A stretch of DNA of 48,987 nt from positions 1 through 48,987 of the IMG/VR virus record IMGVR_UViG_3300020202_000018; one strand, 5' to 3'. The notes under the pieces are model-generated. The model worked only from the letters and a program-made list of their open reading frames with translations. It did not search any database and was not told the DNA's origin. This stretch comes from a virus. This document shows, piece by piece, positions 26,709-34,972 of the stretch. Position 1 is the stretch's first letter; every line of letters starts with the position of its first letter. Both the position numbers and the translations under genes were made by a program.

Positions 26709-26922
26709 TATAGAATTCCTCACAACTAACTTTAGTATCGAAATCATCAAACCCATCAATGTGAGTTTTTTCTACCGTTGGGTATGTTTTATTAAGGGAA
26801 TCTACAATTTTCTCGCCAACGTTTTCGTTCCAGACTTCGCAGATCATAAAATCTGAACCATCGGTAACAACAATATTCGTGCCGTATTTTACGACTTTAA
26901 ATGGACCATTCATTTTATTCAC
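26701..26922 (-). CDS. Hypothetical protein
   Basis: 73-aa ORF, coupled to paralogue 11. Confidence 0.55.
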   Translation of the reverse strand: MNKMNGPFKVVKYGTNIVVTDGSDFMICEVWNENVGEKIVDSLNKTYPTVEKTHIDGFDDFDTKVSCEEFYNA

Positions 26923-27018
26923 TTACACAATACGTCGAACACAACCCCACCACGTAATAAGGATTGCATAGCCCAAAATGTTAATACCATCCCCACTAGA
27001 AACAGTACAGTTTCAACG

Positions 27019-27309
27019 TCAATACGTGAACAGAGATTTAAATTCCTCTTCCATAATTTCGTTGTAGATTCTTTCAGCCTCATCAATCTTGTTGTCACGA
27101 ACTGCTTCATAAAAAGCCATTCCTAATACGTATCCATGCGAATGTAAATTGTCTGCGTCATCATATTTATCATCTACTAGTGTGACGCCAGCATCATTTT
27201 TATATTTTTCTCCTAGAGCACAACAATTCCATGATCCAGCAGCCATGACGTCATTAGTCGCAAACATCCCAACCTTTTTAGCCTCTTCAATTCTCTCTTT
27301 CCAGTTCAT
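27019..27309 (-). CDS. NWKERI-domain protein (single domain)
   Basis: MNWKERIEEAKKVGMF...SWNCCALGEKY...LGMAFYEAV...AERIYNEI. Confidence 0.7.
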   Translation of the reverse strand: MNWKERIEEAKKVGMFATNDVMAAGSWNCCALGEKYKNDAGVTLVDDKYDDADNLHSHGYVLGMAFYEAVRDNKIDEAERIYNEIMEEEFKSLFTY

Positions 27310-27312
27310 TTC

Positions 27313-27882
27313 TTATTCACCTACAAACAAAAGATCAAAATCAGTTTCCTGAATCTCATCATAAATTAACTTAGCTTGAGCTAAGTGTCCACTAGACACC
27401 GCAATATAAAAGTCATGCCCAAGCCTTTCTCCAAGGAAAGTTAATTTTTTAAAGATATCTTCGGTATTTAGATCAATTAACTTTCCAGTTTTGTTTAGGT
27501 ATTTTTCACCTATTGCGCAGTAATGCCAGTCAGAAGCAGTTTGTGCATCATCTAAATCAAAATACCCATAGTGCTCGGCAAGTTCTATTCTTTCCTTCCA
27601 GTTAATTTCTTGCTTCCACTTAAAGCATTTAGTGGACTGAATCGCATTGTAAATTTCTTCAGCCTCTTTAATATTATGGCGGTAAACCGCAGAATGAAAT
27701 GCCATCCCTAATCTAATTCCATCGTCTGTGATAGTGTAAATATGGTCAATAAGCTCTTCTCCATAAGCTGCCCTAAATTTTTCTGATATTGGGCAAGATT
27801 TGTAGCTTCCAGAGTCTACCATATCAACATACAAGAACTCACCCTTAATTTTTGCTTTGTTTAATCTTTCTTTCCAGTTCAT
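27313..27882 (-). CDS. NWKERI-domain protein (two tandem domains)
   Basis: MNWKERLNKAK...SCPISEKF...LGMAFHSAV...EIYNAI, followed by INWKERIELAE...YCAIGEKY...LGHDFYIAV...LIYDEI. Confidence 0.7.
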   Translation of the reverse strand: MNWKERLNKAKIKGEFLYVDMVDSGSYKSCPISEKFRAAYGEELIDHIYTITDDGIRLGMAFHSAVYRHNIKEAEEIYNAIQSTKCFKWKQEINWKERIELAEHYGYFDLDDAQTASDWHYCAIGEKYLNKTGKLIDLNTEDIFKKLTFLGERLGHDFYIAVSSGHLAQAKLIYDEIQETDFDLLFVGE

Positions 27883-28058
27883 TCTACACCCATTGGTAAA
27901 TTACCTACAAAACTAATGACACAGGAAACCCCCAAACCAAAAGATTCCTCGACCTTTTTAGTTGCAATATTAACAGCTTGATCTTTATTATCTGCATCTA
28001 TGACAAGAAGACAGAATGTAGACGAATTTACCTCAACTCCCACCTGGTACATTTTCAT
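27879..28058 (-). CDS. Small ORF (59 aa), below the ORF-track cutoff
   Basis: My translation is MKMYQVGVEVNSSTFCLLVIDADNKDQAVNIATKKVEESFGLGVSCVISFVGNLPMGVE. It has ATGA overlaps at both ends (SNF2 stop, next gene start). Confidence 0.55.
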   Translation of the reverse strand: MKMYQVGVEVNSSTFCLLVIDADNKDQAVNIATKKVEESFGLGVSCVISFVGNLPMGVE

Positions 28059-29557
28059 TTACCACCCAACAACATTCTTCGTACCACAGAAATAGGAATA
28101 CTATCCCCAAACATATTTCTCTTTCTATTAATTACCTCTTCAATGTATTCTTCAATTGTATCTTCCGCTCTGAGGTAATATTTAAAGATTCTCCTAATTT
28201 GTCCTTCTTTTTTAGAAACGCCTTCTTGACCAATTCTTTTTACCCTGCCAAGAACTTGATCCTCTTCTGCCGCAGTCCAAGGTTTATCCATATAAATAAT
28301 CGTACTAGCAGCAGTTAAAGTAATACTCTCACCCCCTGCTTTACTACTAATTAAAAACAAGTCTAATTCGTCCGTTTCTTGGAATAGTTTAACTTGACGA
28401 TCACGCTCCGCTTCGCTAGTTGCCCCAGTAATTAGACCTACCTTATATCCTTCCTCTTCTAAGCGCTTCTTTAGTGGGCGGAGGTATTTTGCGAAGCAGC
28501 TAGTAATTACTTTCTTTCCTGGTTGCTCTTCTAATATCTCAAGTAATGCATCTAGCTTAGCACCCTCACAATCCTCCATTATCATAAGTTTTTCCGACAG
28601 ACAAATTGCCTTGAGTCTGTTAATCTGTGCAATAAGCACAGTTACAAGAATTGTATCTTCCGGATTATCCCCAAAGGAGGCCATAAACAGGTCACGCATA
28701 CTGATATATGTCTTTAGTTGACTTCCCTCCAGTGAAATAGGAACAGTAATTTCTTTTACTGGAGGAAGATCAAGTACTTCTTTAGACTCGCGTCTAATCA
28801 TGTACTTAGACATCATTTTTTTAAATTCTTCTGCGTTTCTATGCTTATACTGTTTACTAGACTTATGTCCGTATCCTGTAATTTTAAACCAACTCTCCAG
28901 AAACTTTCTCTCACTGCTAAATCTGTGCTTATCAATCAAGTGCAACAGAGCAAACAAGTCGGCTGGAGTATTAACCAGTGGGGTGCCTGTAATAAGAACT
29001 AATGGGCAAAGATCAAAATAGTGGCATATCTCCTTTGCACCCTTATACATCTTTGTATTTGTATTTCTGAGTTTGTGTGCCTCATCGAAAATGATATAAT
29101 TCCAATGGACCTTCTTAATGTGTTCTGCAAATTCTCGAAGGTTCTCAAAATTGCAGACCATAAATCTATGAGTGGGAAAGAGAAATTTCATCCCCACTTT
29201 TAAAGGTCCTTCTTTGGAATCAATCATATCAGCCTCTTCACCGATCCACTTTCTTAATTCATTTTTCCAAACCGGTTTAGCGTTCTTAGTAGTAATAATT
29301 AGAACGCGCATCCTATTGTCTGGGTCAGCTTCTACAACCGCTGCAATAGCCTGTAGAGTTTTTCCTAGACCCATTTCATCCCCTAGGATACATCTTCTGT
29401 GCTCGTGAAGAAATCTAACTCCATCTTTTTGGTATTCATAAAGTGGAAGTCTACCCTCACTTAGAAGGATATCTTTATTTCTTTCCTCGTTCTCTTTGAC
29501 AGTCTCAGCTATTTTAGCTGCCAGATCTTTTTGCAACCTAGAAAACCAATTACTCAT
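28055..29557 (-). CDS. SNF2-family helicase / ATPase
   Basis: DEMGLGKT (motif I), FDEAHKLRN (motif II), and C-terminal helicase motifs (GGESITLTAAS, QVLGRVKRIGQ). Confidence 0.85.
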   Translation of the reverse strand: MSNWFSRLQKDLAAKIAETVKENEERNKDILLSEGRLPLYEYQKDGVRFLHEHRRCILGDEMGLGKTLQAIAAVVEADPDNRMRVLIITTKNAKPVWKNELRKWIGEEADMIDSKEGPLKVGMKFLFPTHRFMVCNFENLREFAEHIKKVHWNYIIFDEAHKLRNTNTKMYKGAKEICHYFDLCPLVLITGTPLVNTPADLFALLHLIDKHRFSSERKFLESWFKITGYGHKSSKQYKHRNAEEFKKMMSKYMIRRESKEVLDLPPVKEITVPISLEGSQLKTYISMRDLFMASFGDNPEDTILVTVLIAQINRLKAICLSEKLMIMEDCEGAKLDALLEILEEQPGKKVITSCFAKYLRPLKKRLEEEGYKVGLITGATSEAERDRQVKLFQETDELDLFLISSKAGGESITLTAASTIIYMDKPWTAAEEDQVLGRVKRIGQEGVSKKEGQIRRIFKYYLRAEDTIEEYIEEVINRKRNMFGDSIPISVVRRMLLGGK

Positions 29558-29730
29558 TTTACAACACCCTTTATAGGACTAATCAGTTTAGTATACGAAA
29601 TCCGTACCTAATATGATATTCAGAAATTCCGTATACCAATTCCCACCTGTATTCCCAGTATACCCCGAATCACAAAAAAGTAAAGGCCGCCAGCTAATTG
29701 CTAGCGACCTTGGCTATTAACCTTTTCTCA

Positions 29731-30078
29731 TTAAATACTAATAGTAAACCCTAGTGGGGAATTGGGGTCCCTTAAAATCAAAGCCTCCGCAAAATTGTAT
29801 ATCTGAATTGGATCATGCGGATCAACATCCACGTCATACGCAACAAACCCCACCGATCCGATGATATCTAGGGGACCACTTGGGTTCCTCTCACCCCTCC
29901 AAAACCCTGTAATTCCAAATAACTTAAAACTTTCTACAGTCTCCATCAAAGAAACACTCATGGCTAATTCCTGTAGCATTTCTTTTGTAAACCAATCAGG
30001 AAACGCAGTCTCATCTAAAAGGGGCAAGTTTTTGTGTAGTTTGATTTCCACGTATTCTTTATACCCCAAGAAACACAA
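29731..30078 (-). CDS. Hypothetical protein, start uncertain
   Basis: 115-aa ORF. The track start is a TTG lying in the T-tract of the upstream terminator. Confidence 0.45.
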   Translation of the reverse strand: MCFLGYKEYVEIKLHKNLPLLDETAFPDWFTKEMLQELAMSVSLMETVESFKLFGITGFWRGERNPSGPLDIIGSVGFVAYDVDVDPHDPIQIYNFAEALILRDPNSPLGFTISI

Positions 30079-30080
30079 AA

Positions 30081-30117
30081 AGTCAAGGTCTACAATAAAT
30101 GACTATAGACCTTGACT
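30081..30117 (-). terminator. Intrinsic terminator with a 12-bp perfect stem
   Basis: agtcaaggtcta-(13 nt)-tagaccttgact. The minus strand continues TTTTGTGTTT. Confidence 0.65.
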
Positions 30118-30239
30118 ATTAAGAAATTGTTTGAAACCTATCTAGGCAGATACCTACCCCAACCGATGCCTTACCCTACATGTACCTATACGTTCGCACG
30201 CGTAGCATACAAATCTGAGTCTGTCAACAACTACGGTAG

Positions 30240-30695
30240 TTAATCATTTTCTTTCTTAAGATATTTCTCTCGCAGCAACTTAAATATCTCGTCGCTAGTG
30301 TTATCACTTTTAGTTTTCTTTTGTTCAACTACTGGTTTATTTTTAGCCAGCCAGTCTTCCCAATAACCATCATACCATGCCGCTCTTGGGAGTTTAGGAA
30401 CGTATTTGTCACTTTCCCTTATTTCCCCACCTATTGGACGAAGTTTAGTAACAAATGAATCTGGAACTAGTTCTGGTAGTTCATCACCTTCACCACAGTA
30501 AACCTTTAAACAGAGTCTGCTACAACTAGGACACTTAGCATATGTGATTCTATCATCAAATTTCTTAGGGTGAATAATCCCTAGTTTTCCTTCTCTACTA
30601 ATTGCCCACTCAGGTGCCTTATAACCACACAATTGGCAATGGTTATTTAAATGGAAGTAGTGGCAGTAATATCCTACATAATGCCCAGCATTCAT
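30240..30695 (-). CDS. Cys-rich zinc-ribbon-like protein
   Basis: 151 aa with CQLCGY and CPSCSRLC...YCGE clusters. Confidence 0.55.
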   Translation of the reverse strand: MNAGHYVGYYCHYFHLNNHCQLCGYKAPEWAISREGKLGIIHPKKFDDRITYAKCPSCSRLCLKVYCGEGDELPELVPDSFVTKLRPIGGEIRESDKYVPKLPRAAWYDGYWEDWLAKNKPVVEQKKTKSDNTSDEIFKLLREKYLKKEND

Positions 30696-30940
30696 TCTAT
30701 TAGCTTACCCTCTTTTGCAAGTTCTTTACTATAACGGACGCAAGCTATCGTCAAGTTAGGAACCTCATATAATTTTAGCACATTGGAAACATGAAATCTT
30801 ATTGTTCCCATTGATAAACACATTTGTGTAGCTGCTTCTTCCTGAGTTAATTCCTCAACAACTAATAAATTCATTAGTTTTAATTGTTGCTCTGTCATGA
30901 ACGGCCTAACAGAATTTTTGTGCTTCCCCGTTGTTTCCAC
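30692..30940 (-). CDS. LuxR/GerE-type HTH transcription regulator (sigma region-4-like)
   Basis: LTQEEAATQMCLSMGTIRFHVSNVLKLY. The track start is a GTG. Met15 (30898) is an alternative start. Confidence 0.55.
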   Translation of the reverse strand: METTGKHKNSVRPFMTEQQLKLMNLLVVEELTQEEAATQMCLSMGTIRFHVSNVLKLYEVPNLTIACVRYSKELAKEGKLIE

Positions 30941-31016
30941 TTTTGTCTCATCCGTTCTCCCCTTGAATGAGAATACTATAGACTAATACAGTAAAAATTT
31001 GACGAAAGGGGACCCG

Positions 31017-33389
31017 TCACTCAACCCCCCACCGATCGCAAAGTTTCACCTCTGCTTCAAACTTTACATTTGTCTCGAACGGTACATCTTCCATAATTTT
31101 AACCACGTTGTCAATATTATACTTCTTAGGAACACTAGCTACTAAAGAGTCATGGATTATCATATGAGGCTTTACATCAGGTTCTTCCTTCTCCACTCTC
31201 ATAGAGCCAAGCAAATTAATATCACTAGCTGTACCCTGAATAGGCATATTAGTTGCCTGTTTCATAACGTCATCAAAATTATCATCATTGATAAATGGGT
31301 ACTTCCTCTTCCTACCAAACAAAGTAATTGAGTATTGATTTTCCTTTGCAAATACTTTCAGCCTCAGAGCATTTAAATATAAATCTGGAAAGCTGCTGCG
31401 AACAACATTAACCGCTTTCTCTGCTAATGGCAAGTCTAGGAACGGAAAATCCTTTTTAAACAAATATGGCATAGATTCTACGGCTGCATCAAACATTACT
31501 GCAAAAACCATATTCTTCCCAAATTGTCTTTCTTGTTTAGTTACCTGATCTTCTGTCTTTCCGCGAACAGTAGCAGCCATCAGTCTATGCATATCTTTTC
31601 CAGAATTAATAAACTCAATTAATTTCTGGTCTTGTGACATATGAGCACCAACCCTAAGTTCAAGTTGCTTATAGTCCAAATCAAGAAGATCACATCCTTC
31701 ATCGGGGAGAAATGCATAACGTAAATTTGGCCTTGGAACTTCTCCTTTACTTAATGCCTCTTCAATTTCTTCTTTAGAGGGAGGTCTAGGAATTGTTTGA
31801 ATAGCAAAATCCTTAGCGGAAAGACGACCAGTTTCAGCACCTTCTAGAAGGTATTTACTATGAATTCTTCCATCTGGATGACAGTGCTTCTGTAGTCCCC
31901 TAATGTAAGTAGAGAGCATCTTAGCATTCTCTCTCCACTCAAGAAGAAATGTTAAAAATTCAACATCCCCATAAATTTTTAACAGTTCAGTAATAGTTTT
32001 TTCATCAGTCGATGCCTTACCAGAAACATCTCTCAGTCCCAGGTCTTTATACAAATACAAAGATACTTGTTGCGGTGATCCAGGATTGAACAAAGGATTA
32101 TTTGTAATATCTGCTAATCGTTTTCTCCTTACTTTATCAATTTGCTCAGCCTGTTCCTCACATTTCTCTAGAAATTCCATATCTAATCTTATGCCCCTAT
32201 AAGACATTCGATTAGTAAACCCAATTGCAGGTCGGAGGACGTTTTGATACACATCCCATTGATTGTCCTTAATTAATTCTTCTTTCAAAACTGGATACAA
32301 AGCCTGACCAGTTTCAATGTCATAAGATAAGTATGGAAACACCATACTAGTGGGAGCAAGGTGCATTCTGTCCTTTAAAAACGGTTCCATACCCTTATCC
32401 CACGCTGGACAATCCAATTTCCTTTCTGCAAGGGATTTTAATCCCTTTTCACTTGGAGCACTTCCTTTAGTCCTGGCGTCTAACAAGTGGGCCATAACTA
32501 GAGTGTCTTCTAAGTTCTGTGCATCAAATCCAAAATGATATCTAAGCCAAGGATATTCCATTCTTGACTCATGAGCACAAAGATTAACATTCGGATTTAT
32601 ATGATGGGCGATACTTTTAAATTTATCAGCACTCAGAATATAATTAGTTCCGTTTGTTCGTATCCCCACCCACAGAGGCATACCGTACATTGGATTTAAT
32701 TTCCAAGTTTCTAGGTCGATCTCTGCTGGTAGGTCTGGATCAACTACATCTTTATTATTTAAGTTAAAAAGAAGATCCTCAACTTGCTCATCTTCCTCTA
32801 CCAAAATCCATTTTCTGGGCTTAGTCCAGGGATTATCAATCTTGTGATCCAAAATTTTGCAGACGTCATTAATAAAGGTTTGAAATGAGGAAGGATTCCT
32901 TAAAATATATGCAGGATGCCAAGTAGGCATAATAGGAATCCCACGAAACTTTAAAATAGAACCCCGAGTCTGGCTAATTGATTTTAATCCCAGGACGGCT
33001 TTAGCTGCAACTGCTCCAAGAAGGAGAATTTTCTTAGGTTTAGCAGCCTCAATTTCAGCAATTAAACGACCAAAACAAGACGACACCTCTCCGTCAGTGG
33101 GGTTGCGATTCAAAGGAGGACGGCACATAACTGTATTAGTTATATACCATGTAAAAGTTCTTTCTGTTTGTTTCTGAATCTCCTCTAAAACCGTTCTAAG
33201 GAGTTCCCCGGATGGACCAATAAAGGGTACTCCTTTATAATGTTCTTCATCGCCAGGAGCTTCACCAATAATAAACAAATCAGGATTAGTGGCTCCCTCC
33301 CCCCAAACAATTCTATTCTCCCCACAACGTAACGAACAAGAAGAACACTTTGGCTGTACTACATTAAGAATGTTTAGCTGTCTGTCCAT
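31017..33389 (-). CDS. Family A DNA polymerase with an N-terminal family-4 uracil-DNA glycosylase-like domain
   Basis: N-terminal domain: CSSCSLRC, GEGATNPDLFIIGEAPGDEE, FIGPSGELL, HPAYILRN. Exo-like segment: EIDLETW. Polymerase motifs: DYKQLELRVGAH (A), RQFGKNMVFAVMF (B), IIHDSLV (C). Confidence 0.85.
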   Translation of the reverse strand: MDRQLNILNVVQPKCSSCSLRCGENRIVWGEGATNPDLFIIGEAPGDEEHYKGVPFIGPSGELLRTVLEEIQKQTERTFTWYITNTVMCRPPLNRNPTDGEVSSCFGRLIAEIEAAKPKKILLLGAVAAKAVLGLKSISQTRGSILKFRGIPIMPTWHPAYILRNPSSFQTFINDVCKILDHKIDNPWTKPRKWILVEEDEQVEDLLFNLNNKDVVDPDLPAEIDLETWKLNPMYGMPLWVGIRTNGTNYILSADKFKSIAHHINPNVNLCAHESRMEYPWLRYHFGFDAQNLEDTLVMAHLLDARTKGSAPSEKGLKSLAERKLDCPAWDKGMEPFLKDRMHLAPTSMVFPYLSYDIETGQALYPVLKEELIKDNQWDVYQNVLRPAIGFTNRMSYRGIRLDMEFLEKCEEQAEQIDKVRRKRLADITNNPLFNPGSPQQVSLYLYKDLGLRDVSGKASTDEKTITELLKIYGDVEFLTFLLEWRENAKMLSTYIRGLQKHCHPDGRIHSKYLLEGAETGRLSAKDFAIQTIPRPPSKEEIEEALSKGEVPRPNLRYAFLPDEGCDLLDLDYKQLELRVGAHMSQDQKLIEFINSGKDMHRLMAATVRGKTEDQVTKQERQFGKNMVFAVMFDAAVESMPYLFKKDFPFLDLPLAEKAVNVVRSSFPDLYLNALRLKVFAKENQYSITLFGRKRKYPFINDDNFDDVMKQATNMPIQGTASDINLLGSMRVEKEEPDVKPHMIIHDSLVASVPKKYNIDNVVKIMEDVPFETNVKFEAEVKLCDRWGVE

Positions 33390-33606
33390 CTAATAACCTC
33401 TGAATATCACGTTGAAGTCTAAGCAGTGCCAATTCTTTAGGTTCTTTTGTATAATCCTCCTCATTCTTTCCAGTTTCTTCTATATGAAAATCAATCAGAG
33501 AAGAAACACACTCTAGAGTATACACATCTAGTGTGTTGTTAGATTTCTCTATCTTCTGTATATTCATAATTGTACCTAAAGATGCAGGAAACAGTGGTCC
33601 CATCAA
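33364..33606 (-). CDS. Hypothetical protein
   Basis: 80-aa ORF overlapping both neighbours. Its start may be internal. Confidence 0.45.
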   Translation of the reverse strand: MMGPLFPASLGTIMNIQKIEKSNNTLDVYTLECVSSLIDFHIEETGKNEEDYTKEPKELALLRLQRDIQRLLDGQTAKHS

Positions 33607-33742
33607 TGGGCTTTAATTGTGTGCTTATAACGCCTTTGAGATTACAATAATCCCTAGCGTATGACTCTAGGATTTTTTCTATTTCCACGTGAGTCAAAGT
33701 GATTCTAACACTGTTAATTGTTTCAATTTTTGGCATAATCAA
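33539..33742 (-). CDS. Hypothetical protein
   Basis: 67-aa ORF. Confidence 0.45.
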   Translation of the reverse strand: MIMPKIETINSVRITLTHVEIEKILESYARDYCNLKGVISTQLKPIDGTTVSCIFRYNYEYTEDREI

Positions 33743-33750
33743 TAAGAATC

Positions 33751-33780
33751 CCTCCTCCCACTAATTAAAGTGGGGGAAGG
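33751..33780 (-). terminator. Hairpin after the SSB-like gene, a possible attenuating terminator
   Basis: cccact-aattaa-agtggg core with an extended imperfect stem. Confidence 0.4.
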
Positions 33781-33791
33781 GGAGTTATCAT

Positions 33792-34226
33792 TTACATAGC
33801 TTCAGAGAACCCAATGACCCTATTTCTAGTTTCCTCATTAGGATCAATGTCAATCGTCCAAACCATTTCAACATTAACTGCGGCGTTCTGAAGCTCACTA
33901 ACATCAAAGTTTTCTGCTTCCTCTTCATCCTTTGGGTCCATATCAAGAACCTTTAGGAAATTAAGGAGCATAAAGTTCTTTGCTCCGCCGTTAGAGGTTT
34001 CCTCTGGATTAGTAGTAAGAGTCGCAAACAACTTCTTTCCCGCGAAAGGCCCGTCAGTAATTTCTGCTTGCACAGAAAAATAGGGGTAGGTTTTATTACC
34101 ATTCCTATCGGTTTCCTGCTTTGGCTTCTTCAACTCACACTTCTTAACAAGAACGGGATATGCTCCCGGATCAGCAGGCTTAGCAGCCTTCATAGCACCA
34201 GTTAGATTGATTTTAACTTCAGACAT
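33792..34226 (-). CDS. DUF669-like single-strand DNA-binding protein
   Basis: 144 aa with an acidic tail, in the canonical position downstream of an AAA_24 ATPase. Confidence 0.5.
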   Translation of the reverse strand: MSEVKINLTGAMKAAKPADPGAYPVLVKKCELKKPKQETDRNGNKTYPYFSVQAEITDGPFAGKKLFATLTTNPEETSNGGAKNFMLLNFLKVLDMDPKDEEEAENFDVSELQNAAVNVEMVWTIDIDPNEETRNRVIGFSEAM

Positions 34227-34228
34227 TT

Positions 34229-34972
34229 TTATTGTACTCCGAATCTAAGGTTGTATAGTTTTCTCATAGTAGGGTCTTCAATTTTATCCCCCATTAATCC
34301 GCCTTCCGTACAATCTTTTGCATGGTAGGCACCATAAGGTTGAAATCTTAGAACCCTAGTTTTATTGCTGACTGTCATAATACCGACTTGCTTAAAAATA
34401 CCAGGAACGGCAGTCCTAAGCTGTCCAGTGATTCTTGGCCTAATTACTTTATCCTCATCATCTAAGTATGTATGACACGATGCAAATATATGCATATCTG
34501 TGTCGCGCAAGACATGTAGATAATCAAGCGTCATTTCATAATTAGCTCGATAGTCAGGAAAGTCTGGAACATCAGGGTGTTGACGCTTAATTTGCGGTCT
34601 ACTTTTTACTAGATATTTGATGTTCCAATGGTCAATTTCCGATAAACTGTCAATGAAAACCGATTCGCACGGCCTCCTATCAATTAAAAAGTTTAAGACC
34701 TTTTCATACTTTTCTACTCCAGTAATTCTGGAAGTTCTAGAAACCCCCTCCCTTGGCTTAATTCGGTAGACATTAAGTTTATTAATGTCTAGTGGATCAT
34801 CGAAATTTTCTAGGTAATGGCATTTACTTTCGATACTGTCTGTATTACCTTCAAAGTCAATCATGAATGCCGGAAGCATTTCAGGAACATCTACGACTGA
34901 CCCAAACAAAACTGTCTTTCCCACTCCTGGGTCACTGTAGATAATTGTTTTAAAGTAAGTTTTAACGCTCAT
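34229..34972 (-). CDS. AAA_24 / Sak4-like RecA-fold recombination ATPase
   Basis: IIYSDPGVGKT (Walker A), MIDFEGN, VFIDSLSE (Walker B-like). Confidence 0.65.
   Translation of the reverse strand: MSVKTYFKTIIYSDPGVGKTVLFGSVVDVPEMLPAFMIDFEGNTDSIESKCHYLENFDDPLDINKLNVYRIKPREGVSRTSRITGVEKYEKVLNFLIDRRPCESVFIDSLSEIDHWNIKYLVKSRPQIKRQHPDVPDFPDYRANYEMTLDYLHVLRDTDMHIFASCHTYLDDEDKVIRPRITGQLRTAVPGIFKQVGIMTVSNKTRVLRFQPYGAYHAKDCTEGGLMGDKIEDPTMRKLYNLRFGVQ

Noticed and set aside
26449-26856. A 135-aa plus-strand ORF across paralogue 11 and its neighbour
   Set aside because: It is antisense to two coupled minus-strand genes that carry conserved family motifs, and has no independent support. The same reasoning applies to the other short antisense ORFs in the track (883..1257, 2694..2915, 3228..3458, 5716..5979, 8401..8748 and others).
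26919-27110. A 63-aa minus-strand ORF overlapping the 3' end of 27019..27309 by 92 nt
   Set aside because: The overlap with a family-supported gene is large. Only a ~23-aa hydrophobic peptide would remain if translation started after the neighbour's stop. This cannot be supported from sequence alone.
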